47,630 bases of DNA from an archaeon BMS3Bbin15. Lineage in GTDB: Archaea; Hydrothermarchaeota; Hydrothermarchaeia; Hydrothermarchaeales; BMS3B. The notes under the pieces are model-generated. The model was not told the DNA's origin. It saw only the letters and a program-made list of their open reading frames with translations, and searched no databases. The DNA lies in contig BDTY01000099.1 of assembly GCA_002897955.1 (NCBI GenBank), positions 1 to 47,630 of the forward strand, given 5' to 3'. This document shows positions 1 through 8,337 of this stretch, piece by piece (the stretch's first letter is position 1; every line of letters starts with the position of its first letter). Position numbers and translations under genes: made by a program.

Positions 1-143
1 TTATATCCACTCTTCAGTATATAATCATTGTTTTTATAAGTATATAAACTTTATGCTTATTTTCACCAATAAATTAAAATTTACGATTCATTATACCCTT
101 AGCTAGAGGTATTTCAATATTTTTAAAATAGTAACGCATTCAT

Positions 144-172
144 CCAACGACTAAAGAGGCTGTCCGACAATT
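144..172. repeat. Left terminal inverted repeat of the IS
   Basis: CCAACGACTAAAGAGGCTGTCCGACAATT. It pairs with the reverse complement of 2146-2174, differing only at the central AA/TT dinucleotide. Confidence 0.85.
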
Positions 173-304
173 ACTCTCAGTAATATAAAATCCACATGTT
201 CGGGCAAATAACGGAGTGATTTTACATCAATCTTAAAATCAGGAGCGAAAGTTTTATATCTGCCTGAATATAGTTATATAACTATACTAAAAGAGGTGTT
301 ATAT

Positions 305-475
305 ATGGGTTACAAGACAAAGATCCAGCAGATAAATAGGGAGAAATCAAGGCAGTATTACGTTAATCTACCGAGTGCTATAGTTCAGGCTATGGACTTT
401 AAGAAAGGGGCGTGCTTCGAATGGAGTGTGGAGGATAAGGATACCTTAACATTGAGGCGTTGCAGGGGAGAATGA
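305..475 (+). CDS. Small AbrB/SpoVT-like (MazE-like) DNA-binding protein, 56 aa, inside the IS
   Basis: Not in the ORF track because it is under 60 aa. ATG at 305 is preceded by AGAGGTG. Translation: MGYKTKIQQINREKSRQYYVNLPSAIVQAMDFKKGACFEWSVEDKDTLTLRRCRGE. The V.LP..I..A..FKKG..F.W pattern resembles a swapped-hairpin AbrB domain. Its TGA stop lies 1 nt before the transposase ATG. Confidence 0.5.
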   Translation: MGYKTKIQQINREKSRQYYVNLPSAIVQAMDFKKGACFEWSVEDKDTLTLRRCRGE

Positions 476-476
476 G

Positions 477-2165
477 ATGGTCTTCTACAGGAATTTGAAG
501 GGACAAGAGTGGCTATTCCCACATGACATCAGGGATATGATACCTGACAATCACATATGCCACCTTGTAGATATGGTGATGGGCGGGATGGACTTTAATG
601 ATTTAGAGTCCAGTTACGAGGGTCCAGGCCACCCAGCCTATCATCCGAAGGTGATGCTAAAAATTCTCATTATGGCAACAATAGACGGGATTCACTCATC
701 GAGGAATATCGCAAAGCTAGCCAGGGAAAACGTGGTTTACATGTACCTTGCAGGTCTTCTTAAACCCGATTTTAGGACGATAAGCGACTTCAGAAAAGAC
801 CATCCGGAAGAGGTGAGAAGGGCATTCAAAGAGGTTGTGATGCTTGCCAAAAGTCTTGACATGGTGCATCTGGGACACATATCCATCGACGGCACCAGGG
901 TGAAAGCCAATGCCTCCAACTACAGTGTGATTAAAAAGGAGGACCTGGATGAAATTGATAGGTTCATCAGAGAGGAGTTGGCGAGGGGTGCTGAAGAAGA
1001 CGAAAAGGAGGACGAGATTTACGGTCTGGACAAGACAGGCTATGAACTTCCTGAAGACACCGACAAGAAGAAGATAGTATCCAGAATCAAGGAGCGTTTC
1101 AAGAAAGGAGACGATAAGGAGAGAAGACGCCTTTTAAAGATTATGGGAAAAGCCAGGGATGAAATGGAGCGTGGGAAAGGCAATCTTGCCAGTCTTACCG
1201 ACCCGGAAAGCAGATTCATGCGGAACAGCAATGGACGAATAGGACTCTCCTACAATGCTCAAATAACAGTGGATTCAGAAGAAGGGATAATTTTAGCCAA
1301 TGACGTCGTTCAGGATTCGCATGACTCAGGCCAACTGATACCTCAAATAGAACAAACGGAAGAGTATCTGGGAAAAGACCTTTCAGACATAGAAGTGAGT
1401 GCCGACAACGGTTATTACAGCATGGACAACATACTATTCCTGAAGAGTAAAAAAATAGACGGTTACATACCTGACGAGGATCTTGCCACAGAAATGAAAG
1501 GTAGCACCAGAAGAGAGGGTTTTTTCCTGAAACGTATGTTCCGCTACGATAAAGACAAGGACTTCTTCATCTGTCCCGAAGGGAAAAACCTTACCCTCAG
1601 CACAGAATATTTGGACAAGAGTAATGGTCGTAGAGTCAGAACATATCGGTGCGGAATGAAAGTATGCTTTGAGTGCAGCTCCCGAAAACGATGTACCAAG
1701 AGCAAAAAAGGGAGGATAGTGAAATCATATGGGCATGAGACCTTGAGACTCGAGATGGCAGAGAAAATGCGGTCTGACGCAGGACGGAAGAAATACAAGA
1801 TGAGGGCTAGGACTGTAGAGGCTCCTTTCGGGGATATCAAGCAAAACATGGGTTTAAGGGAGTTCCTCACACGGGGAGTGACAACAGTTAAAACTGAGTT
1901 CAATTTGGTATGTACTGCCCATAATCTCAAAAGGATATGGAAGCATATAGGGGAAAAGAGTGTTTTGACAGATATGGGTGTGAACGAGCGACTCTCAACA
2001 TCAGACTGTGTGAAAACCACCAATTTTGTGAATTCTCTACCTTCTTTTTCATGCAAACATGTGTTTTTACACAACCTGACATTATGGGGGCTTGGGATTT
2101 TCAATCAGATCTTCGCCATTTTTATCCTTTTAACCACTGATATTGAATTGTCGGACAGCCTCTAA
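477..2165 (+). CDS. IS1182/IS5-family DDE transposase
   Basis: N-terminal region HPAYHPKVMLKILIMATIDGIHSSRNIAKLARENVVYMYLAG..PDFRTISDFRK is DUF772-like. Also present: ISIDGTRVKANAS, ADNGYYS, Cys-rich FICPEG...YRC..CFECSSRKRCTKSKKGR and C-terminal EAPFGDIKQNMGLREFLTRG...CTAHNLKRI. The last ~80 aa look like non-conserved read-through into the IR. Confidence 0.85.
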   Translation: MVFYRNLKGQEWLFPHDIRDMIPDNHICHLVDMVMGGMDFNDLESSYEGPGHPAYHPKVMLKILIMATIDGIHSSRNIAKLARENVVYMYLAGLLKPDFRTISDFRKDHPEEVRRAFKEVVMLAKSLDMVHLGHISIDGTRVKANASNYSVIKKEDLDEIDRFIREELARGAEEDEKEDEIYGLDKTGYELPEDTDKKKIVSRIKERFKKGDDKERRRLLKIMGKARDEMERGKGNLASLTDPESRFMRNSNGRIGLSYNAQITVDSEEGIILANDVVQDSHDSGQLIPQIEQTEEYLGKDLSDIEVSADNGYYSMDNILFLKSKKIDGYIPDEDLATEMKGSTRREGFFLKRMFRYDKDKDFFICPEGKNLTLSTEYLDKSNGRRVRTYRCGMKVCFECSSRKRCTKSKKGRIVKSYGHETLRLEMAEKMRSDAGRKKYKMRARTVEAPFGDIKQNMGLREFLTRGVTTVKTEFNLVCTAHNLKRIWKHIGEKSVLTDMGVNERLSTSDCVKTTNFVNSLPSFSCKHVFLHNLTLWGLGIFNQIFAIFILLTTDIELSDSL

Positions 2166-2174
2166 AGTCGTTGG
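2146..2174. repeat. Right terminal inverted repeat of the IS
   Basis: AATTGTCGGACAGCCTCTAAAGTCGTTGG, the reverse complement of the left repeat at 27/29 positions. The transposase ORF reads into it (stop at 2163-2165). Confidence 0.85.
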
Positions 2175-2183
2175 TCTTCTGCG

Positions 2184-3794
2184 ATGTTCTTCATAAATCT
2201 CTTCAAACCCGAGAGAATGCTGAAGGTTTATTTTGTTTTTTACATAGATTGTCTCACTGATGTGGTTAAAGCTATCAGAAAAGCTGGATGTCTCCACCTT
2301 ACTGATATAAAGAAGGAAATGCCCAATCTCAAACCTTTGGAGACCTGGGAGAGCAGAGTTATGGAGTGCATTAACAAACTTGAAAATCTGAACTCTCTAT
2401 TTTTAAGGGAAAGGCTGCAACTGAAAGAAAGACTCTTGGGACCAAGACATATCCCACTAAAGATTATTTCAGAATTTCCGGAGCTGGAGGAAATTGAGGC
2501 AAGAATTAAAACTCTTGAAAATGATTTTAAAGAACTTAAATCTGAAAAAGAAAAGTTTGAGAAAGAACTGAATAAAATAGAATTTGAACTTAAGGACACT
2601 GGAGATTTTAAAAGAAGAAGTTATTTAAAGAACCTTATAGATGAGAATAAGAGGAAAATTAAAAATATAGATATGAAATTGAAAACTTTAGGGAAAAAGG
2701 CAAATAGAGAAATTTTATTTTATAATGATATTCTAAAAAATATGCTTATAACTGAAAAAGCAATGAAGAATTTTGGAAGGACAGAATATGTGTGTGCAGT
2801 GAGTGGCTGGATACCTCAGAATGATGCAGATAAAATCGAAAGGATTCTCAAAAAATCATGCGACACCTCTTTTTTCTATGATAGAAAACCATATGAAGAT
2901 GAAGAACCTCCCATAAAACTTAAAAACCCTGCTTTTCTTAAACCTTTTGAAATTCTGACAACAACCTATGGTTATCCTGCCTACAGGGGTATAGACCCGA
3001 CACCGCTGGTTGCTCTGAGCTTCACTCTCATGTTCGGAATTATGTTTGCTGATATCGGCTACGGTATCAGCCTAACCCTTTTAAGCCTCGTAATATATCT
3101 GGCTACCACAAAGAAAGACCAGGTAATGCATTCACTGAATCTGATATTAATGTATGCCGGAATATCAAGTTTTATTTTTGGTTTCGTTTTCGGAGAGTTT
3201 TTCGGTGGTATTTTGAAGGTAACTTCCTATGTGGGAGAGATTGAAAAAGATATTTCATCTCTTTTTATCCTCTCTCTTGCTCTGGGATTTGTTCATATCT
3301 CCCTGAGTTTAATATCAAGAATTATCACGGAATATAAAAGCAGAGAGAGTTTATATCCTGTTTCTCTTCTTCTCATACTCCTTTCAGCTTTATTTTTTTA
3401 TTCAGGGTACACTGCAGCAGGTTTTTTGATTATGATTCCGGGACTGGTTCTTCTATTCTATATGAAAGGATTCGGCTCCTTTGAGGAGGTTATATCTCTC
3501 TTTACCAATATTCTATCATATATAAGGATAGGGGCTCTTGCATCCATGCATATTATCTTCACAGGGATTTTTACAATGATTATTCTGAGTCTTCCCAGAA
3601 CGATTACTGGAATAATCACAGGTGCTGTTTTATTCCTCCTTGGTTCAGCAATAATTCTTGCTTCCAGCACTTTTATTGTATTCATTCATTCTTTAAGGCT
3701 GCACTGGGTAGAATTTTTCAGGAGATTTTATTCAAGTATGGGAGAAAGATATAAGCCTTTCAGACAGGAAAGTTATTATGTTTATGAGGTGTAA
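2184..3794 (+). CDS. A/V-type ATPase subunit I (a-subunit)-like membrane protein, orphan and compact (536 aa)
   Basis: FKPERMLKV at the N-terminus; coiled-coil middle; GWIPQNDA...EEPPIKLKNPAFLKPFE...YGYPAYRGIDPTPL. The membrane arginine motif LSYIRIGALASMH and C-terminal LRLHWVEFFRRFY match the subunit I/a family. No other atp/aha genes are nearby. It is shorter than the usual subunit I. Confidence 0.75.
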   Translation: MFFINLFKPERMLKVYFVFYIDCLTDVVKAIRKAGCLHLTDIKKEMPNLKPLETWESRVMECINKLENLNSLFLRERLQLKERLLGPRHIPLKIISEFPELEEIEARIKTLENDFKELKSEKEKFEKELNKIEFELKDTGDFKRRSYLKNLIDENKRKIKNIDMKLKTLGKKANREILFYNDILKNMLITEKAMKNFGRTEYVCAVSGWIPQNDADKIERILKKSCDTSFFYDRKPYEDEEPPIKLKNPAFLKPFEILTTTYGYPAYRGIDPTPLVALSFTLMFGIMFADIGYGISLTLLSLVIYLATTKKDQVMHSLNLILMYAGISSFIFGFVFGEFFGGILKVTSYVGEIEKDISSLFILSLALGFVHISLSLISRIITEYKSRESLYPVSLLLILLSALFFYSGYTAAGFLIMIPGLVLLFYMKGFGSFEEVISLFTNILSYIRIGALASMHIIFTGIFTMIILSLPRTITGIITGAVLFLLGSAIILASSTFIVFIHSLRLHWVEFFRRFYSSMGERYKPFRQESYYVYEV

Positions 3795-3796
3795 CT

Positions 3797-4210
3797 ATGA
3801 TTAAAAAAATACTCCTTGCCACTGATGGTTCCGCCTTCTCTGAAAAAGCAGGAAAATATGCAATATATCTGGGGAAGAAGCTGGAAGCAGAGGTTACTGC
3901 TCTTCATGTAATTGAATTAAAGCCGCCCAGGTTCCTCTCTCCCGAGGATATAGATAGACAGAAGGCTGTTATGGCAAAGGATTGCTTTAATGTACTGAAA
4001 AAGAGAGCTGAGAATAAATGCGTAAAGCTCAGCACTCTTATTCTTGTTTCAAGAAGTACAGCCCGGTCAATTCTCGACGAGAGTGAGGATGGATATGACC
4101 TTATTGTGATGGGCAGCCTTGGAAAGACAGGCCTGAAAAAGCTTCTTCTGGGCAGCGTATCTGAAGAAGTTGTGAGAAAAGCAAGCATCCCTGTAATGGT
4201 GATTCATTGA
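3797..4210 (+). CDS. Universal stress protein (UspA family)
   Basis: 137 aa. Starts KILLATDGS and ends GSLGKTGLKKLLLGSVSEEVVRKASIPVMVI, as in UspA proteins. The start lies 3 nt after the upstream stop, behind a GAGGTG Shine-Dalgarno-like sequence. Confidence 0.8.
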   Translation: MIKKILLATDGSAFSEKAGKYAIYLGKKLEAEVTALHVIELKPPRFLSPEDIDRQKAVMAKDCFNVLKKRAENKCVKLSTLILVSRSTARSILDESEDGYDLIVMGSLGKTGLKKLLLGSVSEEVVRKASIPVMVIH

Positions 4211-5379
4211 TGCACTTCGATATATTCATTGCAGGAGCAGGACCAGCAGGGCTGGCATGTGCAGGAGAACTTGCCTCAGAATTTGAGGTTGGTATTGCCG
4301 AGGAGCATCCTGAATTGGGGAATATCAGTTGCACAGGAGTTCTCGGCATAAAGTCTCTTGAAAGGCTGGGGATTGATTATAAAGACTCTGTTCTGAGTTA
4401 TATAAAATCTGCAAGGCTTCACTCAAACACCGAAAACCTTGAATTTTCATTTTCAAAACCTGTTGCCGTAGTTGTGGATAGAGCAGCTTTTGATAGAGGG
4501 CTTGGTGAAAATGCTCTTGATGAGGGTGCCGAGATTCTCACATCAACCAGAGTAGTAAAGGTTGAGAGGAAGAGAAAAGGATGGAAAATAAAACTTCTTA
4601 GAGAAGGTAAGATTGAAGAAGTAGAGGCGAAGGTTCTCATAGGGGCTGACGGTTTCAGGTCAGAGATTGCTCTTTCTCAGGGGCTCAGGGAGAGATGGAA
4701 ACCAGCTCATATACTATCCTGCTATCAGCTGGAGGTAAACTGCAGTGCTGAGCTGACTGAAGTTTATTTTACTCATCATGCCAGGAATTTCTTTGCCTGG
4801 AAGGTTCCTGCAGGCGAGAAATGCAGAGTTGGTCTGTGTTCAAGGGGTACAACTCTTTCACCAAAATCTGCCTTAAAAAAGCTTGTCAGTGAAAAGGGGA
4901 TAGAAGGTGAGATTCTTGCCGAGACTGGAGATGTTATACCCCTTGGAATTATTAATAAAACATACGCCGAAAGTTTGCTAATAGTGGGCGAAGCTGCCGG
5001 ATTCATAAAGCCGATTACAGGGGGTGGAGTAATCTTTGGCATAACATCCGGGAAGCTGGCAGCAGAAGTGTTAAAAGATGCCGGTAATTTCTCAGAGGGC
5101 TCTTTAAGCAGGTATGAAAAGTTGTGGAAGAAAAATATGGGCAGGGAGATAAACTTCGGGCTGCACTTTTCGAAGCTCTTCCACTCTCTTACCGGGGAGG
5201 AGCTTGATAAGATTTTCAGAACCTTGGATAAGGAGGCTGTTGATGAGATAAAGAAAAACTTCAGTTTTGACAGGCACAGTTTTCTTCTTAAAGTTGCTCT
5301 CAGGCATGGTTACAGAATTTTCAGGGCTCTGGGGACAAGGAGGAGTGCAGAACTTCTGGGAGAGCTCAGAAAGATTTGA
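4207..5379 (+). CDS. Geranylgeranyl reductase-family FAD-dependent oxidoreductase
   Basis: Dinucleotide-binding fold DIFIAGAGPAGLACAGELA, LIGADGFRS and GEAAGFIKPITGGG motifs; 390 aa. The start (TTG 4207 or ATG 4210) overlaps the usp stop. Confidence 0.8.
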   Translation: MMHFDIFIAGAGPAGLACAGELASEFEVGIAEEHPELGNISCTGVLGIKSLERLGIDYKDSVLSYIKSARLHSNTENLEFSFSKPVAVVVDRAAFDRGLGENALDEGAEILTSTRVVKVERKRKGWKIKLLREGKIEEVEAKVLIGADGFRSEIALSQGLRERWKPAHILSCYQLEVNCSAELTEVYFTHHARNFFAWKVPAGEKCRVGLCSRGTTLSPKSALKKLVSEKGIEGEILAETGDVIPLGIINKTYAESLLIVGEAAGFIKPITGGGVIFGITSGKLAAEVLKDAGNFSEGSLSRYEKLWKKNMGREINFGLHFSKLFHSLTGEELDKIFRTLDKEAVDEIKKNFSFDRHSFLLKVALRHGYRIFRALGTRRSAELLGELRKI

Positions 5380-5396
5380 AGTTGAATATTTGAGAG

Positions 5397-5711
5397 TTAT
5401 ATCGGCGGAGCAATCGCAACCAGAACACGCATGCGTGTAGTTGCCTTAATGCCGTGAGGCTCACTTACCTTGCTTATCAGCATACTCCCGGGCCTGACTT
5501 CAACCTCGCTCTCCCCGCCAGTGAAATATCCTTCCCCGGCCAGCACAAGAATCATAACCTCGCTTTCAACATCATGACTGTGCACAGGCAGCTCCTGCCC
5601 TGCCTCAAAGTTGAAGTTTATTATCCGCCAGCCAGGTGAGTCGTGGAGTAGCCTGAGGTTATACCTATCTTCCCTGAACTGCGCATACTCGTCTAAATTT
5701 ATTATCTGCAT
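5397..5711 (-). CDS. Cupin-domain protein
   Basis: 104 aa with ELPVHSHDVESEVMILVLAGEG...PGSML...EPHGIKA, the two-motif His/Glu pattern of a cupin_2 domain. Confidence 0.7.
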   Translation of the reverse strand: MQIINLDEYAQFREDRYNLRLLHDSPGWRIINFNFEAGQELPVHSHDVESEVMILVLAGEGYFTGGESEVEVRPGSMLISKVSEPHGIKATTRMRVLVAIAPPI

Positions 5712-6045
5712 TTTCTATCACAATAGTAAATATGCATTCATAGAAGTTAATTCTATCTGCGAACATGTTTCCAGCATATTAATTCACCTGTGCCACTTAC
5801 CCAAACTAATTTGCTATGCATTCCATATCGCTAAAACAGATTAGATTACAGCAAATATATTGTAAGAGGAGAAATATAACACATCACAGCGAAGATATGC
5901 CCTATGGAAAATCTGAGAAAAACTTTCTCATACAAAGAAGTGAATCAACTCATAAAAGGTAAAAAATGAAATTTTTATTAAGAAATACAACACTTAATTC
6001 TAAAAAGAAAGAAAAACTTTTATTGTGCAAGAATGAAACTGAGTC

Positions 6046-6888
6046 ATGCGTACTGTCAGACTTGAGAAGATAATTGAAACCGTGGAAAAGCTCGCCATTG
6101 ACTCATGTTATATAGCAAAAAAAGAGATGACAGAAAAGATTGATAATGCTCTCAAAATTGAGAAATCTGACCTTGGAAAACATATCCTTGAAAAACTTCT
6201 CGAAAATGCCGAAATTGCTGAAAAGGAATGGATACCCTACTGTCAGGACACAGGAGTGGCTATAATCTTTGTCGAGCTCGGCGAAGAGGTTATATTTGAT
6301 TTTCCCGGTTTTATTGATGCTTTAAATGAAGGTGTGAGAAGAGGATATAAAAAAGGCTATCTCAGAAAGTCTATAGTCAGTGACCCTCTCAGGAGAGAAA
6401 ATACAGGCGATAATACACCCGCAATTGTACATATAAACCTTGTCAAAGGCGACAGGCTCAGGATTAAATTCTGCGCCAGGGGTTCAGGCAGTGAAAATAT
6501 GTCAAAGGTTAAGATGCTCAAACCTGCTGAAGGCTGGGAAGGTATAAAGAGCTTTGTACTGGAAACAGTCAGAGAGGCTGGTCCAAATCCCTGCCCTCCT
6601 ATAATAATCGGGCTTGGAATAGGAGGGAATCTGGAAAAAGCTCCCCTCCTTGCCAAAAATGCACTCTACAGGGGGGTAGGTTCCGAACACAGAGAAACCT
6701 TCTATGCCGAAAAGGAAAAGGAGCTTCTTGAAGAAATAAATAACCTTGGTATAGGACCACAGGGTATGGGTGGAAGAGTCACAGCCTTCGAGGTTCATAT
6801 CGAGGAAGCTCCCTGTCACATCGGCTCCTTACCTGTGGCTGTTGTTATTGAATGCCATGCTCACAGATACAGGGAGGTGGAATTATGA
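6046..6888 (+). CDS. Class I (Fe-S) fumarate hydratase / tartrate dehydratase, alpha subunit
   Basis: 280 aa with PYCQDTGVAIIFVELG, GDNTPAIVH, FCARGSGSENMS and ECHAHR motifs, typical of the Fe-S hydro-lyase alpha chain. Confidence 0.85.
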   Translation: MRTVRLEKIIETVEKLAIDSCYIAKKEMTEKIDNALKIEKSDLGKHILEKLLENAEIAEKEWIPYCQDTGVAIIFVELGEEVIFDFPGFIDALNEGVRRGYKKGYLRKSIVSDPLRRENTGDNTPAIVHINLVKGDRLRIKFCARGSGSENMSKVKMLKPAEGWEGIKSFVLETVREAGPNPCPPIIIGLGIGGNLEKAPLLAKNALYRGVGSEHRETFYAEKEKELLEEINNLGIGPQGMGGRVTAFEVHIEEAPCHIGSLPVAVVIECHAHRYREVEL

Positions 6889-7430
6889 TTCACATTAAAA
6901 CGCCACTGACTGAAGAAACAATCCTCAGACTCAAAGCCGGGGACATGGTTGAACTTTCGGGTACTGTATACTCGGCAAGAGATGCCACGCATAAAAAGTT
7001 TTTTGATGCCCTTGAGAGCCGTGAAGCTCTGCCCTTTGACATAGAGGGGCAGGTGATTTACTATATGGGCCCGACACCACCACCGCCCCGGAAAATTATT
7101 GGAGCAGCCGGCCCCACAACATCTTCAAGGATGGACAGCTACACCCCGAGACTTCTGGAACTTGGATTGAAAGGGATGATAGGCAAGGGTAAAAGGAGCA
7201 GGGAAGTCAGAGAAGCTATAGTTAAAAACAAAGCGGTTTACTTTGCAGCCATAGGAGGTGCAGGTGCCCTTGCAGCAAAAAGAATAATAAAATCAAAGCT
7301 GATTGCTTATCCTGAGCTTGGTCCGGAGGCGCTATATAAACTTGAAATGGATAGATTCCCCCTCATAGTTGCAAACGATAGCTCTGGAAATGATATTTTT
7401 GAACTCGCTATAAAGAGGTGGAACATATAA
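6885..7430 (+). CDS. Class I fumarate hydratase / tartrate dehydratase, beta subunit
   Basis: The ATG at 6885 overlaps the alpha-subunit stop (ATGA). MIHIKTPLTEE..LKAGD.V.LSG.VY.ARDATHKK, GPTTSSRMD and GKGKRS are typical of the beta chain. The ORF-track start at 6852 is probably too early. Confidence 0.85.
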   Translation: MIHIKTPLTEETILRLKAGDMVELSGTVYSARDATHKKFFDALESREALPFDIEGQVIYYMGPTPPPPRKIIGAAGPTTSSRMDSYTPRLLELGLKGMIGKGKRSREVREAIVKNKAVYFAAIGGAGALAAKRIIKSKLIAYPELGPEALYKLEMDRFPLIVANDSSGNDIFELAIKRWNI

Positions 7431-7467
7431 ATTTATATCGTTAACAATAAGACATACATGAAAAATC

Positions 7468-8337
7468 ATGACAAATTATTTTGGTGATATTATGAGTGAA
7501 GATGAGCTCAGTTACACCCTTAAGTTTAATGAAGGTATCATGCTTTTTGAGAGGGATTCTACCAGAGAAAATAGAAGGCTTATATACGATAAAGACAGGT
7601 GCACTGGATGCGGAATGTGCGTTGAAGCCTGTCCCACAAAGGCTGTCTATCTGGGTCCCCTCGGAGCCATAAATAAAGGACTTTCCGATGTACCACATAT
7701 TTCCATAGACGCTGAAAAGTGTGTACTCTGCGGAATATGCAGCGCAATCTGCCTTTTTAATTCCATAAACGTTGAAATAGATGGAAGAAGTGTTAAAAAT
7801 AATAGAGATTTTGTGAACTATGAGGGAATTCATATATTCAATCAGAATAAATGCAGCATGAAAAATGAAGAGAAGCTAGAAGCCTGCGAAGATTGTATGA
7901 ATGCATGTCCCAGAAATGCCATAACCTTTGCAGGAATTAAAGAAGTTGAAGACAAAAATATAAACACCATGGAAAGAGACGAAGATAAATGCGTTTTCTG
8001 CTCTGCCTGTGAGAAAGCCTGCCCCACTGAAGCTATAAAGGTGAATAAAATATTTGATGGTGAATTAGTTGTGGACCAAGAGATATGTCAGGGCTGTGGG
8101 AGCTGCAAGGAGATATGTCCCACCGGCGCTATTTACCTTCCCAATTATAACAAACTCTGGGAAAAAGTACCGAAAGTCGAAGTTACAACCCAGATATGCT
8201 GTTTCTGTTCCGCATGTGAGAAGGTGTGCCCTGTGAATGCAATAACACTTAAGAGAAGCAGTGTAAAATACACAAAGGGTGAAGAAAAGTCCTGGACAAA
8301 GGCCTGGGAAAAAGCCTTCAAAAGTTTTGTAGGGTGA
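7468..8337 (+). CDS. fwdF: Polyferredoxin, FwdF/FmdF-like
   Basis: Six Cys clusters of the CxxCxxCxxxC(P) type (CTGCGMCVEACP, CVLCGICSAIC, C..CEDCMNACP, CVFCSACEKACP, CQGCGSCKEICP, CCFCSACEKVCP). It lies directly upstream of fwdGDBAC. W versus Mo type cannot be decided from sequence. Confidence 0.75.
   Translation: MTNYFGDIMSEDELSYTLKFNEGIMLFERDSTRENRRLIYDKDRCTGCGMCVEACPTKAVYLGPLGAINKGLSDVPHISIDAEKCVLCGICSAICLFNSINVEIDGRSVKNNRDFVNYEGIHIFNQNKCSMKNEEKLEACEDCMNACPRNAITFAGIKEVEDKNINTMERDEDKCVFCSACEKACPTEAIKVNKIFDGELVVDQEICQGCGSCKEICPTGAIYLPNYNKLWEKVPKVEVTTQICCFCSACEKVCPVNAITLKRSSVKYTKGEEKSWTKAWEKAFKSFVG

Larger units (their letters stand above)
144..2174 (+). mobile_element. Insertion sequence, IS1182/IS5-like, about 2.03 kb
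   Basis: 29-bp imperfect terminal inverted repeats (144-172 versus the reverse complement of 2146-2174, 27/29 match) enclose a small ORF and a 562-aa DDE transposase ORF. No flanking target-site duplication was recognisable. Confidence 0.8.

Noticed and set aside
1544-2104. 186-aa minus-strand ORF inside the transposase gene. Similar long antisense ORFs occur at 20158-20742, 39695-40273, 33104-33532, 10876-11355, 12615-13004 and 7441-7833.
   Set aside because: Each lies entirely antisense to, or out of frame within, a CDS with strong family motifs. Their translations are low-complexity or Ser/Leu/Ile-rich with no recognisable motif. They are treated as shadow ORFs.
135-2185. Target-site duplication flanking the IS.
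   Set aside because: The sequences immediately outside the IRs (..GCATTCAT and TCTTCTGCG..) share no direct repeat that I could align. Either there is none or the true ends differ slightly. This cannot be resolved from one copy.
5611-5844. 77-aa plus-strand ORF in the cupin/fumarase intergenic region. A 21-aa ORF also occurs near 5897.
   Set aside because: It overlaps the cupin gene antisense, is AT-rich with odd composition, and has no ribosome-binding site or motif. The region is better explained as divergent promoter DNA.
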